The position numbers and the translations under genes are program-made. From the human T2T-CHM13v2.0 reference genome, Homo sapiens, in the NCBI RefSeq assembly GCF_009914755.1, contig NC_060929.1: a DNA stretch of 64,000 nucleotides, one strand, 5' to 3'. The notes below the pieces were generated by a model. It saw only the letters and a program-made list of their open reading frames with translations, did not search any database and was not told the DNA's origin. This document shows positions 42,717 through 56,200 of the stretch, piece by piece. Numbering within the stretch: the first letter of the stretch is position 1; the number at the start of each line of letters is the position of its first letter.

Positions 42717-44490
42717 TGTTCTTGTAAATAAATGTCGGGATGAAGATAAGCATCGCCTAGAAATATGGTTGAGGAAATCTAAAAGGATTTAAAAAAATTG
42801 GTGAGAACATTATTTCAGATAAAACTCAAGAACTATGGCAAAGATGAGATAAGTTTTCTATTTAATTTAAGGGATGTGAAGATTTAGCATATTTACCAAA
42901 TAAGAGAGTCAATTCCATAGAAAGAGAGAGAGAATGAAGAATACTAAAAAGAGAGGATGATTGGTTGGATTAAGTCCTATAAAGATAAACTCAACATAGA
43001 AAAGAGGTGAACTGTTCTTTCTTTGGAAAAAGGAGAAAGGATATGAGTGAAGGGAGGATGAGAATAACAATGAGTTTAACAAGTGGGGAGAAGCAGGGAA
43101 ATTCCTAATCCTGTTCCGAAGAAGTATAAATTAAGACTATTTGAGAATGAAGGGATTGGGGATGGGATCACAGTAAATAGAAACAGAGTAGCATAAGCAA
43201 CAGCTAATGGAACACATCTCCCAGAAACTCAGTATTTGGTAGATTAAAGGTTGCTGAGCAGCACTGGGCTGCTCAGGTAGGTATTTGTCATAAAACAAGG
43301 GATAGCTACAGAAAAGCTTTGGAGCTCCAAATAGGATGTCTCAGGTGTCAAGTGTGGATGACACTGGTGACACAGAGACTTAATCCACCAGAGGGCAGGC
43401 ACAGATGTCACATACACTTTTTTTTTTTAAAACATTGTTTCACATCAAAGGTCTACCGCTCCCTTTATGCCAACTATTTATCATCATTTTAAGTTTTTTT
43501 ATTCAGCAAATTCCATTGAGTGGTGAGCAAGCCTTGAGAAGTACTTCTAGGGCAATTAGGCGACAGGTCAAGGTGACTTCCCCAGCACTGTGCAAATATT
43601 TGCATCTCAAGATGCTTGGGAGATCCAAGGAGCTTGACTTTGTAGTGGAGAAAGTCTAAAATTGGAAGTACTTGGAAACGTGCGTGTAAATTGAATTCTT
43701 TTCCTGAATTAAACTTAGATATATTTCCAATTTACATTATAATTTCATCACACTTTATGTTTAACCTCCCATTGTGTTTCCCACCCACCCACACTTATCA
43801 CCCTGGCTTTGTCATTTTATGTAAGCAAGCCTCCAAGTGTTAGAAGAGATTTCACCTTGATATTTTAGAGAATGGTGAAGAGAAAATATTTTTTTAACTC
43901 CAATTTTTAAATTTGGACCTTGGACCTAGGGTTATCTCCAGATTTTTGTGAATGATGACAGTCATTTTAGACATCAATGTGTTGGTCCTGGACTTGATAT
44001 TTGCCCTTCTCTCTCATTTTCAGTTCATGCTGACACCTAAACAAGAGACATTTTTTTTTTTTTTTTTGCTATTGATCAAAAGAATTAAAAGTTGTAATAG
44101 GAATATTAAAGTCAAATGAAGGTAAATTCCCGGTGAGCAGTTCCTGTTATCTTGTTAACTCTGTCATTGGAGACCCAGAGCTTCCTCAGGTCCTGCACAG
44201 TGCTGTTCAGACACAGTATCAGGGTGGCTTCCCTATGTGAAAGGGTTTATCACCAACCTCCTTCCCAGCTCTCAGGACCATGCGAGCTGTGGCTCTGGGT
44301 CCACCTTATAATTTTGGAAGACCTGCATGGCTGCCATTCACGTTGGTTCTTGGCTCCTTTTTTTATTAGTCCTGTGTGGCTTGGTACAAAACCTCTGCCT
44401 GTTTTGTATTCTTTGCTATTTAGTCATTTTATTCAAAGTTTCACATGGAAAGGCAAAGGGCAGAGTATGTCATAATATAGCATCTAGGGT

Positions 44491-44492
<2 letters not shown>

Positions 44493-44524
<32 letters not shown>

Positions 44525-44547
44525 TGAGACAGAGAGAGAGAGAGAGA
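44493..44547. repeat. Compound (TG)n(GA)n microsatellite
   Basis: tgtgtgtg...tgtatgtgtgtgagacagagagagagagagaga. Confidence 0.95.
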
Positions 44548-45429
44548 AGAGAGCATGAGAAAGAACACCTTGAAATATACTTTGAGGACCACTGTAATGG
44601 TGAGAGGTTGACACGCCCCTGTCTAACACTGCAGGAATTAGCAGATCCTTCCTACCATCCAAGGGAGGGCATAAGCAAAACAGTGATTGTCCAAGGACTT
44701 TGAGAAAGTCATCTGGGAACCCACACTGCTTTGTCCTGCTCTCTGTCAGTGTACAGACACTGTTAAGACAAAAGCCTGCAGCCATCGCAGGCATGCACAG
44801 CATATGCTTCTATGTGGGTGTTTATTTTTCACCAGATAGAGTGCTTGGAACTGCCTGGCATCGTTCCTCTTGAGAGAGAGCTAGGAAACAACAGCAAAGT
44901 GGGTTTTCTTTTCTTTTTTCTTAGCTGCCGGAAAAACGGGATAAGACAGAGGCTGCAGGGACACAGACTGAATGCTTATAAGAAAGCCTTACCTTTCCCT
45001 GAACCTTCCCATTGACCCTGAGTTCCAGCTTCAAAGGCTGGGCATGTGGAACTGGGCTCATTTACCTTTTTACTGGAGAGCGAGGTGGGGAGCTCATGCC
45101 ACTGGGTGTTCCAGAGATACCTGCAGAAGACTCTTAAGGAATTCCACATGTCCACTATTTAGCATTTAAAAATCTTTCAAGGAGGACAGATGAATGGGAA
45201 AAGAGTATTTCCTAAACCAAATCAGCCTTTTCAGAGAAAATAGAAGTATAAGCCAAAAGGAGAACACAGAAATTAAAGCACAGAAAATAGGATCGATTTA
45301 AGCTCTCAAGTTGAGTTTAAAGCTGAGGGCCATGCTGAAGTACCTGTGTTTCCTATAAACCTCCAGCGACCATGACTGAGGGCTTGGAGAAAGTCATGGA
45401 GCTCAATGGCCATGATATGATGCTCAGCA

Positions 45430-45672
45430 AAAGGCAGGGGCTTTGACACCTGAGAGTGACTTCAAATTCTGGCTTAGACCATTGTGATCTGTGCTGTTTG
45501 GAGTCAGTTATTCCCCTTTCTGAACCTCAGTTTCTCTCTTTACCATTTGGGGACAATACAACACGCAAGGCAGAGCTGTGGGGATTAAAGACACCATATA
45601 TAAATAAATGTGAGGCCCCCACACTGTGCCCGAGTCATCGTAGAGGGCACTTTGTGAATGACACTGCTTATC
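45430..45672 (+). mobile_element. MIR (MIRb-like)
   Basis: cttcaaattctggctt...cagttattcccctttctgaacctcagtttc...ggggattaaaga...cacactgtgccc. Confidence 0.7.
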
Positions 45673-45933
45673 ACATCAATTCAAGTATGGCTACTTTATT
45701 GATTTTTAATTTCTTCTCATAAAATACTGACTTTTGGAGTTTTATTTTTGAGAATGGGGAGGGAGGGGAAACAGGTGAGGAACCAGGTCCTGAATTGTTA
45801 CGGTAATAATACAGTTGATGAGTTCATGAACCAGAAAGCCCAATAATGGATAGAGGCTTCTGCCACTAGCTGAGGACACGGGACACAGGCTGTGGCCTTC
45901 AGCTTTCCCCAGAGCGGAATGAGAGCTTCAATC

Positions 45934-46463
45934 TGTCAACTGAAAAACCACCGTCTTCATACATTAGGATAGGTGATTTCACTTCTTATAAAGGGCTGCA
46001 GCCTGCAAGGTCACCATTCGGAGAGGCTGAGAATTGTAGCCTCTGGCAGAGCCCAGAAGGAAGGCACTTTGAAGGAGGAGGGGTTGGGGCAGGAGCTTCA
46101 TGCAGAACAGATTCTTGTTTAGCTGCTAGAGAAAAGAAACCTTGTGCAGTTAGAACATAGTTTATTCTCTAAGTGTAGGGGTGCGTGACTTAACCCTTGC
46201 CTGGCATGGCCTTGGGTCTTGTGTATAGTTTGATATATTATTGCCACAAAAGAGTTTATTCCGCTAGTCTTATGATCTCTATTTTAACATTAATGCTGGT
46301 CAGTTTTGTCTAAACCACAGAAGGGATGGGGTGTAAGGAGGCGTATCTAACCTCTCCTCCCGTCATGGCCAGGAACTCCGTCTTCAAGGTTTCTCTGGGT
46401 TCCCCTTGGTCCCTAGGGCATTTGCTCAGTCAGTTGGGGAACTTAGTATTATTTTAATTCTCA
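45934..46463 (-). mobile_element. ERV1 solo LTR of the MER4 group (MER66/MER41-like; subfamily uncertain)
   Basis: tgtcaactgaaaa...cttatgatctctattttaacattaatgctggtcag...ttctca; perfect 4-bp TSD aatc at 45930 and 46464. Confidence 0.8.
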
Positions 46464-46502
46464 AATCCAAAGGATCTCTTATTAGGGACATTGATTTAGA
46501 GC

Positions 46503-46710
46503 AAGGGCTCTTCACTAAGGTCGATTTTGCTAACCGTGGGCATTTAGCAATGTTTGGAGACATTTTTGGTTGTCATAACTGGAGGGAGCTACTGGTATCT
46601 AGTGGGTAGACATCAGGGGTGCTGACAGACATACTATGATGCCTGGGACAGCCCACATAACAGAGAATTATCCAGCCCCAAATGTCAATGCTACCAAGGT
46701 TGATTAAATG
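46503..46710 (+). mobile_element. MER20 (hAT-Charlie)
   Basis: catttagcaatgtttggagacatttttggttgtcataactgg...tctagtgggtaga...gaattatccagccccaaatgtcaat. Confidence 0.9.
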
Positions 46711-46719
46711 TAATAAATG

Positions 46720-46720
<1 letters not shown>

Positions 46721-46752
<32 letters not shown>
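46721..46752. repeat. (TG)16 microsatellite
   Basis: Uninterrupted tg run. Confidence 0.97.
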
Positions 46753-46753
<1 letters not shown>

Positions 46754-49076
46754 ATGTAAAGAAAACTTTTTACATGGATAGACATGATTTAGAAGTTTAG
46801 GGACTTATACTTGATTTAGAAAAAATAACAAGAAGATAAAACTTATGCTCATATTTAAAATAAATACCTTCTAGCCTGCTTTTCAGTAAAGGGCGGTATG
46901 AAATCTGGACAGACATGTAAGATGTGAAAATTTTAGCCAAATGCTTCATGCACTTCAAAGATAACATCTTATTCTTTGAAAGAAGAAATAATTTCATGTT
47001 TAGTTTCAAGAATCTTTTTCACTTTGGCCACCTGGTTTTAATCTAGTTTTATTTGCTCACCTAAACATATCATTGCTGAAAAAAGATTGAAATTCAAAAT
47101 GTTTGATATAAAATATCCCTTTTTCCCTCCTTTCCTCCTTGTCTCTATATCATTGTGTAACTAGATTTGGTAATAATGAAGCTTTATCCAGATGGAGGGG
47201 TGGATATCTACTAACAGAATTACCCACAGATGCTTCATAAAATCCATCTGGCCGAGAGAAACATGAAGCTGAGCTGTTCTGTAGGTGAGCCATATTTTGC
47301 CATGGATAGAAAGAAATGTCTACATCTTAAGAGTGCTTAAAGGATTTTAAAATCTCAATTTTTATTAAAAAATGTTTATTAAAGACATTTTCAAGAAGAA
47401 AAGAGGACTTAGGTTTAATAAATTAAAATGCCTTGCTTTCTTATTTTTTCTCCATTTTAGCATATGCCATATTTAGGACATATAGGTTACTTGAGAATGA
47501 CAGCCAGGTATACAGCAATACCTCATGTAGCTGGCTAGAGTGAGGCTAAGGGCCAGATGGATAATTCCCTCTCTTTCTTTCTTTCTCTCTCTCCTTCTCT
47601 CTCTCTTTCTGCTTCATTCCTAAGCTTGGTTTTAGTTTTTTCATATTTAAAGGACTAGAAATCGATGTTGGCAAGAACCCAAGGGGATACTTACCTTGAA
47701 GGTGGTATGGATTTTGTATTGTGCCTGGATTTGGGGTCCCTCTAAATAGCATCTGGACTCCACTGGACCCTGAGCTGTCCTTAGAACCTACCCTTACCCC
47801 CGACCGATTCATTAAGGGTGGCCTCTTGCTGGATTCCAGAAAGCATCCAAGCCGAGCAAGTCTTTCCAGACCTTTCCCAATTCATTTCCATCTGATCATT
47901 CAATTCGAGTCTCCCAGTGCCTACCATGTGCCAAGGATCCTTTTAGGGTTGTCCATCCCATCCTACCACTTCTCTCCCTGTATATCCTTTAGTAATTCAT
48001 TCTACCTCTCCATGCTCCAATTCCTCCATCTAACACAATATAAATGACACAGTAAATTACTTATTACTTAATTGGCATGCTCCTGCTTACTACACAGGCC
48101 GCATTTACTGGTAATCATGGCCTTTCAGGGAGCTCCTCCATGCTTATCTGTGAAGATTGTGTCCCTGGGAGATAAGTTCAGCCTTTGCTCTGTTGTCCTG
48201 GGTTATTTTCACTGGCTGTGGCCTCTGAGTTCAAGCACTCAGGATACATCTCCCGAGCACAGGATCTGGTGGTCATGACTGCTGCCGTGTATTTTACATA
48301 ATCGTTTTGGAATGTACTTCACAAACTCCTTGGTATTCTAAAAATAACCTATCCCTTTGCTTATTTTTATGCCCTTACCTTGGCTGCCAAGTTTTTTCTT
48401 GGAGGGAAATATGAGTTAAAACTGATATACTGGAATGGTATTAATTACAGCACCTTGAATAGTAACGAAAAGCAGCATTGCTAAAATTACTAGTTAATCA
48501 CATACAAATAGTGCTTGCTGTCAGCTTTTTATAGCTGAAATTGGGACCAAGTTCGGCCATGGAGCAGTGAAAAATATTCAGAGCTGTTATGTCCTCCAAG
48601 AATCAATGATGTGAGTAGGTTTATCCAAAGACTAGAAGAAAAAGCATTATAAATGCAACTCTACAGTTTGAAGTCAAATTTCTTGTTCTTTCTGGGTCAC
48701 AATGCCTTTATCTCTATTTAGAAGATCAAAAAGAGAAAATACAACCTTATAATGACACAAACAGGAATTCACTTACTGAAATATTTAAACTGTGCTGAAA
48801 GTTTTACATTATGAATAACTCTGCTTTTTAAAATTCGATCACCATGCTATAACAGTAACAGTATTGCAATTAAATATAGTTGATATGTTCCCAATGCTCT
48901 AGGCCTTTGGCCCTCATTTTTAGAGAAAGGCCCCTTCATAAAGAAAGTGAATCAAATCCCAGAAATAACCATTTCTTGGCAGAGACAAAGAAGAGACCAA
49001 AGTTGACGCTGTAATTTAATGAAAGCTAATTGAAGTGATTCCAAAGTTGTGCATGGAGCTTTGGAAACTTCAGTTC

Positions 49077-49370
49077 TTTTTTTTTTTTTTTTTTTTTTAG
49101 ACGGATTCTCGCTCTGTCACCCAGGCTAGAGTGCAGTGGAGCGATCTTGGGTCACTTGCTAGCTCCCTCCCAGGTTCACACCATTCTCCTGCCTCAGCCT
49201 CCTGACTAGCTGGGACTACCACCTAGTGCCCACCACCACGCCCGGCTAATTTTTTGTATTTTTAGTAGAGACGGGGTTTCACCGTGTTAGCCAGGATGGT
49301 CTCGATCTCCTGACCTCGTGGTGGCCTCCCAAAGTGCTGGGATTACAGGCGTGAGCCACCGCGCCGGGCC
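49077..49370 (-). mobile_element. AluY with small internal deletions
   Basis: ccgtgttagccaggatggtctcgatctcctgacctcgtg; 14-bp TSD tggaaacttcagtt at 49062 and 49371. Confidence 0.95.
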
Positions 49371-50704
49371 TGGAAACTTCAGTTTAAAATAAAAACTGTT
49401 CCCATAGTCTAAGAGATATGTAAAATATAATTTCTTGGTAAAATAAATGGATAAACAGAAGTTCATGAGCAGCTACTCAAACTTGCTCAAGTACTGTGAG
49501 CATCATTCTTTGTTCTCTCTTTAAAAGGATCCTTGCTGATTCTGCAGGCACACTTCACATTAAACATCAACAGAAAAAGCTGAAGAGCGTTCCATCAACT
49601 GCTAATGAAGATACATTTTGTAATTTTTGTCCTAGATAGTAGCATTGACTTTTCAAAGCAATTGAAAAATTGGTTTTAGGAACCATCACAAAATTGCTAA
49701 ACCATTCTATCCCAGGTCTAAAAACAAAGGCCTTGGTCTTCCTTACACAATGCTTGGCAGTGTCCGAAGGGTGAGTGAAGTCAGTGTGTATACCAACAGA
49801 AGGTGAGCATGCACAAGGAGCTTCAGACGTGCTCCCTTGATAGTGTTGGCTCATGTTCAAGAGCAAGAAACAGTGTGTGGATTTGGGAACTTGGAATAGC
49901 TGCTTGACCAACATAGGTTTCATGTCTTTGGAACAGAAGAAAGACAGGATCTTACTGTTTTTTGTTTTTGTTTTTGTTTTTGTTTTCAAGGAAGGGAAGT
50001 TTTACTCAAAGGCCTTTACCTCTCAGCATGACTGATCCATTTTCTTTTTTTTCTGGCACTTCCTACCACCAGGTGAACATTTGCAATCATTAAGATATTA
50101 GAGCTTAATAACAATCTCAGGAGGTCATAAATGAAGTTATCCCTTTGCAAACAAAATGGGTTAAAATTCCCATGGAATGGAGAGGAAACTAATATTATGT
50201 CCTCCTCAGGTCTTTCCTCTGTCCACTAGACACAGAAGAAACCTCTTTTGACCTGGGGCTCAGGGACATCTCTGACTTTGAGGTTGGTCCTCTTCATCAG
50301 AATAATTTTATTAGACTTGATGTAATACTGTTAGAATCTTGAGTCTCCAGTCTAGTAATCTGCCTCCTGTTGTTTCTCCTGCGTCAATGCCTTCATCTGT
50401 TATGGTCATTATACCTGGCTCTGACATGAGAAGAAGAGGTGATATATTATAAAAGTGTTTACAAATGGCCCTCCCAGGATTTTAGTCCTTCAAGAACTTG
50501 GGGTCTGCGTTACTTTGATCAGCTTCTTAGAAGTCAGAGCTCTCCTGTTTGATGTACCTAGCCCTCCTGTCTGTTGGGTGCCCTGACTCCTGACTGCCAT
50601 GAGGTCATTCTACAGTCCTAACACAAATCCCTCATAGCTGGCATCCTCCTTCCCTGAGGATGGGCCCAAGACACAAGTCTATGTCAGCAATTTTGGAAAA
50701 GCAG

Positions 50705-50880
50705 TCCCAGTGGCACCTGTGTCAGGATCATGTGGGATGCCCATTAGAAATGCAGACAGTCTGGGTTCTCCAATAGCCTCCCTGATTCAGAATCTCTGGA
50801 AATAAATTCCTAGACTTGGCACTTAAAAAAGCTTTTCAGTACACTGAGATTAGTGTCCATGCCAGGGTGTGAGCTACTGG
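50705..50880. mobile_element. MER5-like (hAT-Charlie) remnant
   Basis: ttagaaatgcagacagtctgggttctcc...ctgattcagaatctctgg. Confidence 0.6.
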
Positions 50881-51699
50881 GTTATACAAGGAAAGTGGCA
50901 TCTGAGACAAAGACACATAAAACAGAAGTGTTGTCGACCAGTGACTTGTCCTGAGTACGGAGTTTGGAAGGAGTAACATGTATGTTCTCTTGAGATTATA
51001 ATTATAATCAGAACAATGAAAACGGCAATCCGTCATAAGAACACTTATGTGCAAATAAGGTAGGAATATTTCCATTCAAAATAATTTCTAATAGCCACCT
51101 TGAGTACTTGGTTGAAGAAAGTCCATAGAATGTTGGTGGCCATTGAAATTCAAATCTCCTTACGCATTTTCTGACAAAATGATACAGTTAAACTAGAAGA
51201 GCAAATACCGTTACCCATAATACACATCTATAGTATAATTAGGAGGTAGGAATACTCTGTGCTTCATGTACACAGCCAGATTCAGGACATGAACTTGAGC
51301 TCATCCTTGAAGAAGCAATCCGGTGAGGGTGTGTAGGAAAGCAGGGAGGAGAGAGGAAGTCTAGGAAAGAAAGCCCACCCTGGGTGGGAAAATACCGAAA
51401 ACTACTTTCAAAGAAGTAAGGGGACAGAATTCAGACCTGATTGCGAAGAAAAAAGGAAAGCAAGAGGTGAAATCAAGGTCTTACAGAAACACAAGAGAAG
51501 CACTACAACATTAGCAGCACCACGCCTCCCTGTAGCAAGAAATAAATAGATAGACAGACAGACAGATGATAGATAGCATCTGACTATACCAACAGAAGAG
51601 TGTGTGCTTGAATTACATCTAAACACTGCATGCACGTCTGCATTCAGCTGTTATCTCTGATCTGGTACCAACAACAACAAGAACAACAACAACAAGCAT

Positions 51700-52642
51700 T
51701 TAAAAATGACTGAGTAAAAGAGAGAAAAAAGCTTACAAAATAAAGAAGAGAGCATAGGAGAAGTGAACATAGTAAAAATGTTTATCAAATATATAATTGA
51801 GATTCCCCGAAGAAGAGCAGGCCATGAATAGGGCAGAGAAGCATTATCTGAAAAGATCCAGGCAAAAATTTTTCTAAAGCTGATGTAACACATTAATCAA
51901 CAGATTCAATTATCTGCACAAAAACACACACACAAAAAAAAACAAGAAAAAATAATGAGATAAACCAATGCCTCCTCCCAGTTTAAAAAAAAAAAAAAGG
52001 AAAGAGAAAGAGAGAGGGAGAGAGATTGTCTCTAACTATACCAATAGAAAAAAAAAACAATCAAAACAAACATCTAGATATAACATCATCGAAAAAAAAA
52101 AAGAAAAAATATAGCATATAACAAACAACCAAAGGGGGAAAAAAGAAAAAAAAACAAAAAACGTTACTTTCAAAAGCGCAACAGTAAAGCTGATTTTTAA
52201 CAGGGATAATTGAAGCAAGAAATAATGGAATAACAACTTTACCTTTAAATAGATTAAAGAAGATTATTCCTAATCTAGATTTATAGACCAAGTGATCACA
52301 CCCTTCAACAACAAAGCAAAATAAATATATGTTCAGAAAAGCAAAAATGAAGAGAAATAATTACCAGAAGATCCTCCCTAAAAGACATTCCTTTGAGTTG
52401 AGGTCTCGCTCTGTTGCCCAGGCTGGAGTGCAGTGGTGCAACATGGCTCACTGCAGCCTCGACCTCAAACTCCTGGGCTCAAGTGATCCTCCCACTTCAG
52501 CCTCTTGAGTAGCTGGGACAACAGGCTAAAGAAAATTCTAAAGGAAATTCTTCATAGAGAAGAATGCTGATCACAGATGGAAGCCTGGAAGTAGAGAAAG
52601 AAATGCAGAAGAATGGAAAGGGTGAATTATATGAGTAAATAA
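51700..52642 (+). mobile_element. Ancient L1 ORF1 region, interrupted by an Alu fragment
   Basis: taattgagattccccgaagaagag, aatttttctaaagctgatg...caacagattcaa, tgaagcaagaaataatggaataac, ttaccagaagatcctccctaaaaga. Confidence 0.65.
52392..52526 (-). mobile_element. AluJ right arm / FRAM-like monomer
   Basis: ggtctcgctctgttgcccaggctggagtgcagtgg...ctcctgggctcaagtgatcctcccac; degenerate TSD taaaagacattc / taaagaaaattc. Confidence 0.9.
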
Positions 52643-52711
52643 TGTGAAAGGAAAATAAATCTTAGGACCCCCAAATAACTAAGCTGAAAGGAATAGTCAA
52701 GCTGGGAACTG
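52643..52711 (+). mobile_element. 5' stub of a MER4-family ERV1 LTR
   Basis: tgtgaaaggaaaataaatcttaggaccccc...gtcaagctgggaactg matches the MER4A-type start and then stops abruptly. Confidence 0.75.
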
Positions 52712-53162
52712 ATTTTGATTAAGTAATAGGAAGTCAGCGTCTAAATTAAATGAGTAGAGATCATCATGAAGTTCTTCCTGAGGGAGAAAATAATGTTAAT
52801 AAACACGGAACAGCCCAGCACTCATAAGGAAACATGAGCTTAGCAACTTTGGTGGAAATATGACCTCAGAGAGTGGTAGAGCAATCTCCAGGCTTGATTA
52901 TAAAAACAAGAGGTTGATTCAAGAACCAGAAATATAAAGTGCAAACATTCAAAGCCAATGTGGAAACGGACAGAGAACAAAACCTTAAGATGGAGAAAGG
53001 AACTATAGTTTTTGATCTCATAGGGAACAATTTCATCTGAGTGACACCTCATTGGCCTAAAGGAAATATGGAAGGGTTTATTTGGTTTTTAGAATCCAAA
53101 ACCCTGGCTCACAAAAACTATACATCTTTGTGCACATTTCTTCACCTGTCTGGGTCTCTATG

Positions 53163-53225
53163 AGATGTGCATGAGACAATGTGAACTTTAATTTAATTAA
53201 TTTTCACATTGTCTCATGCACATCT
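53163..53225. repeat. Perfect palindrome: 23-bp stem, 17-nt AT-rich loop
   Basis: agatgtgcatgagacaatgtgaa (53163-53185) is the exact reverse complement of ttcacattgtctcatgcacatct (53203-53225). Confidence 0.97.
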
Positions 53226-56200
53226 ACATGGCACATAACCTTGAGAATGCTCTCAGTAATTAGACACCAGTATTATTAGATATGGCATAAGACCAGAGAG
53301 AATGAGCATATTATCATCTGGCTTTCTGTGCCCAGAGTTTTGTGTGGTTTCCCTCAGCAGGAGCTACTGACTTGTAAATTGTCTTTTCTGTGGGTGGAGG
53401 TGTGAATATGTGCTCCAGTTGGAAAAATCAGGGCACAGAGTTGATATGGCACCTCCCCAGGGTTTCTTTCTAATGCTCCTTCTCTCCAAAGGTGACAGAC
53501 TGTGTGGCACTGAGGACAGAGAACAGAATGTGGATGACACGTGGCCCCTTCTGGATGATGAGGATACACTCATTCCCGCTCTGCTATCCCAGCCTCCTGA
53601 CCCACTCGGAGTCACCCTTTCCATAGGGAAGGAGTTTTCTAGTAATTAACCATATTAATTACTTCCTCCCCGCATTGACATATCTTCCTCCCCGCAAACT
53701 CCCAAACAGCTGGATAGTCTAATAATCAACTCCTTTCCTTGTGGCACCTCCAGATTTTCTGTATAATAGAGGCTTGTCTTGGTGGAAGGGTAGGAGAGAG
53801 GATAAGAGACCTTGTGAAGCTGTGAGCGTAATGTTTTTACCTAGATTTTGTGCTTATTATGATCGCCTGTGAACATCGAGGGGACTGTGTGGGCTAAAGT
53901 CCTCTTCTGCTTCTCTCTGTTCTTATTGCCCTTAGTTTTGGTGTAGAGCATGGGACAAGCACATGACAGGGAAGACCAAGCCCAATCAGCCTTTTTCCAG
54001 AACACAACCCTTTTGGAGAGTTATTTGCTGCATCCTGGTACTGTTTTTCTTCAGGCAAACCACGCTCGATCTTATGCAAATGGCTTCCCATTAAGATGGA
54101 TAAAAATGGGCTCAGCTCCCCCTAGGTTCCAAGAGATGAGCACCATGGCTCATCTGTTAGGGCTGGAAAACAGAGCAGACAGGGCAAGAATGGGGAATGG
54201 GCGCCTGCAAACATTTGGCAGCAGTGCTCGGCTCTTCTATTTTAAGTAGCACAGTCCTAAGCCATGGAAGAAACTTCTCACATAAACACTGCCTTGTTAA
54301 TTCCTCCCCAAATCCCCAGGAGGAGTGTAGGTGACAAATATTGTTACCCCACGATTCCAGATGGCAGACATGATGTCAGTCACTTGGCATCTTTTGTATC
54401 TCAAAGTCACAATGCTCTTTGGGGATACAGCTGGGGACAGAATACGGGACTCTGCCTCGTTTGTGCAAAGACAGCCCATGCTTCTATTGTGGCATGCAGG
54501 GCTGTCTCCTAACTCCCTGGCCATGTGACATTTTGACCTTTTGGAATACAGATGAGAAGCTCCTAGGGTTGAGTACCAGACTTTCCTTTTTGAATCAGGT
54601 ACAAAGTGAGAGGCAGCCCCTCCCTGCCAACACAAACTATAGTCTTAGTCACAGAGATTGATTTTTTAAAGATGCTTTGAGGAGACTCTATAGAAAATTG
54701 AGAGATCACAGTAAAAACCGTCAACAAATAGCCACCAAAAATTCTTCCAATATTTGACTATGGGGAGAATGGCTACCCGCCTTTCAGAATGGCTCCTGCC
54801 CCTGGAAAAGTGATGAAAATATTTATGTTTCTTTTCTTGGCAGGAGCTTCTATCACTGGGCATCTGCTAGAGAGGTTTTCTTCCCCTGTTAGTTTATCCT
54901 TGGGAGCAATAAATGTAATGAGATTATGTTAATATCTTTATTGGATAAGGAAATCTTTCTTAAAAGGCAGAAACTAAACATCTAATGAACTCTTAGAAGG
55001 AGGAAGAAATCATTCCCTATGTGTTCTCCATGTTATAATTTATTTCTCCTATTTTACAAATAATTAAAGCAGATTATGAGTAATTTGCTGTAAGATCATT
55101 CCTGGCAAAAAGGAAAGCAGGGTGCAGAGATGGTGAGATTATAATTCATTGACTCTATGAGATAAGAAGATAATCAGTCAAATTCCTACCAACAGCTGTT
55201 TATACCCACAGGCCCTCTAATTTAAGACTGGGCAAGGTTACCAAGCAAATGTTGATAATGACTTGCAGGCCTTTGGCTGAGAGCTGGGCAGTCAGTGGAG
55301 ATGTGGGGCCAATGAAGTGAGAACATCTTTTCTATCTTGATAAGAGAGCGTGTCAACTGCAGTGGGTGGGAGCACAGACAGGAGTAGCCCCCGAGCTGAC
55401 TCTCTGCCCTGCCCAGGCAATTGCTATTGTAAGTCCTATGCAGAAGTGCAGTCGCCCTGAGGGACAGGCCAGATGGGCACCTGTGGTGAGAAGGAATAAG
55501 AGGGTACTCCTCACTGAACATCCCAAAGATGCTATACCTAAATAGAGGTGTGGAGAGGACAGAGGTTGACCAGCAGAGGAAGAGAAGGCTTCTTTCCTGC
55601 TAACGGAGCTGAGAATGACGTTGAAGATTTTGGGGGAAGAGGAAGGCAAAGGGCACCATTGTGAATGACCTCTGTCCTGACCCAATCCAGGTGGCGTGAT
55701 CATGCCAGGGTTGTGAGCGAGAGGACCAAACAGGTGCAAGGGGATTTTCAAATGCTTCCTTTGTATTGAGGATTCCTTCTGCCAGGGGCAGGAGGTGAAC
55801 CCAAGGATCATTGTAAACTGAAGGGTCAGGATGCCTGTGGCAGGGCTGCCTGCCCCGCAGTAACAGAAGACCTCGCTGGGTAGACTTTGTGGGCCAGAAA
55901 GTGACTCACAAAGCCATCGATACCTGCCTTCCTGGCAGAGCTGGAAGGTTCTGTCTTCTGGTGCCAAAGCTTTTCTCTAAGGAAGGCCTCAGGGCAGCTC
56001 TTTGAAACTCATTTTATTGAGTCATTTTGATTAGGGGCATTTCCCTGTGGAATAAATAGATTTGTCCTAGGCTGTAAATCTTGCTTCTTGTTTTCTATCT
56101 TGTATTGACTGTGGATAGGTTTATCTGGTAGCCCAGGAGAAAGTGTTTTTCCACATGGAGCCAAATAACAGCCTGTATATGGAACAAATAATTTTGTGCT

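Noticed and set aside
43254-43276. 9-bp-stem hairpin ctgagcagc/gctgctcag (and a similar one at 53641-53663)
   Set aside because: Several 9-bp stems are expected by chance in 64 kb.
44985-48385. Strong minus-strand donor motifs (near 44990, 47692, 48378)
   Set aside because: I could not pair them with convincing acceptors or a promoter, so no exon is supported.
49755-49790. gtccgaagg...gtgag resemblance to a Y RNA 5' end
   Set aside because: Only a short partial match, with no complementary 3' stem or U tail.
55353-55967. Longest ORF in the track (204 aa)
   Set aside because: Starts at TTG, has no recognisable domain and a Ser/Pro/Leu-rich composition typical of non-coding translation; one ORF of this length is plausible by chance.
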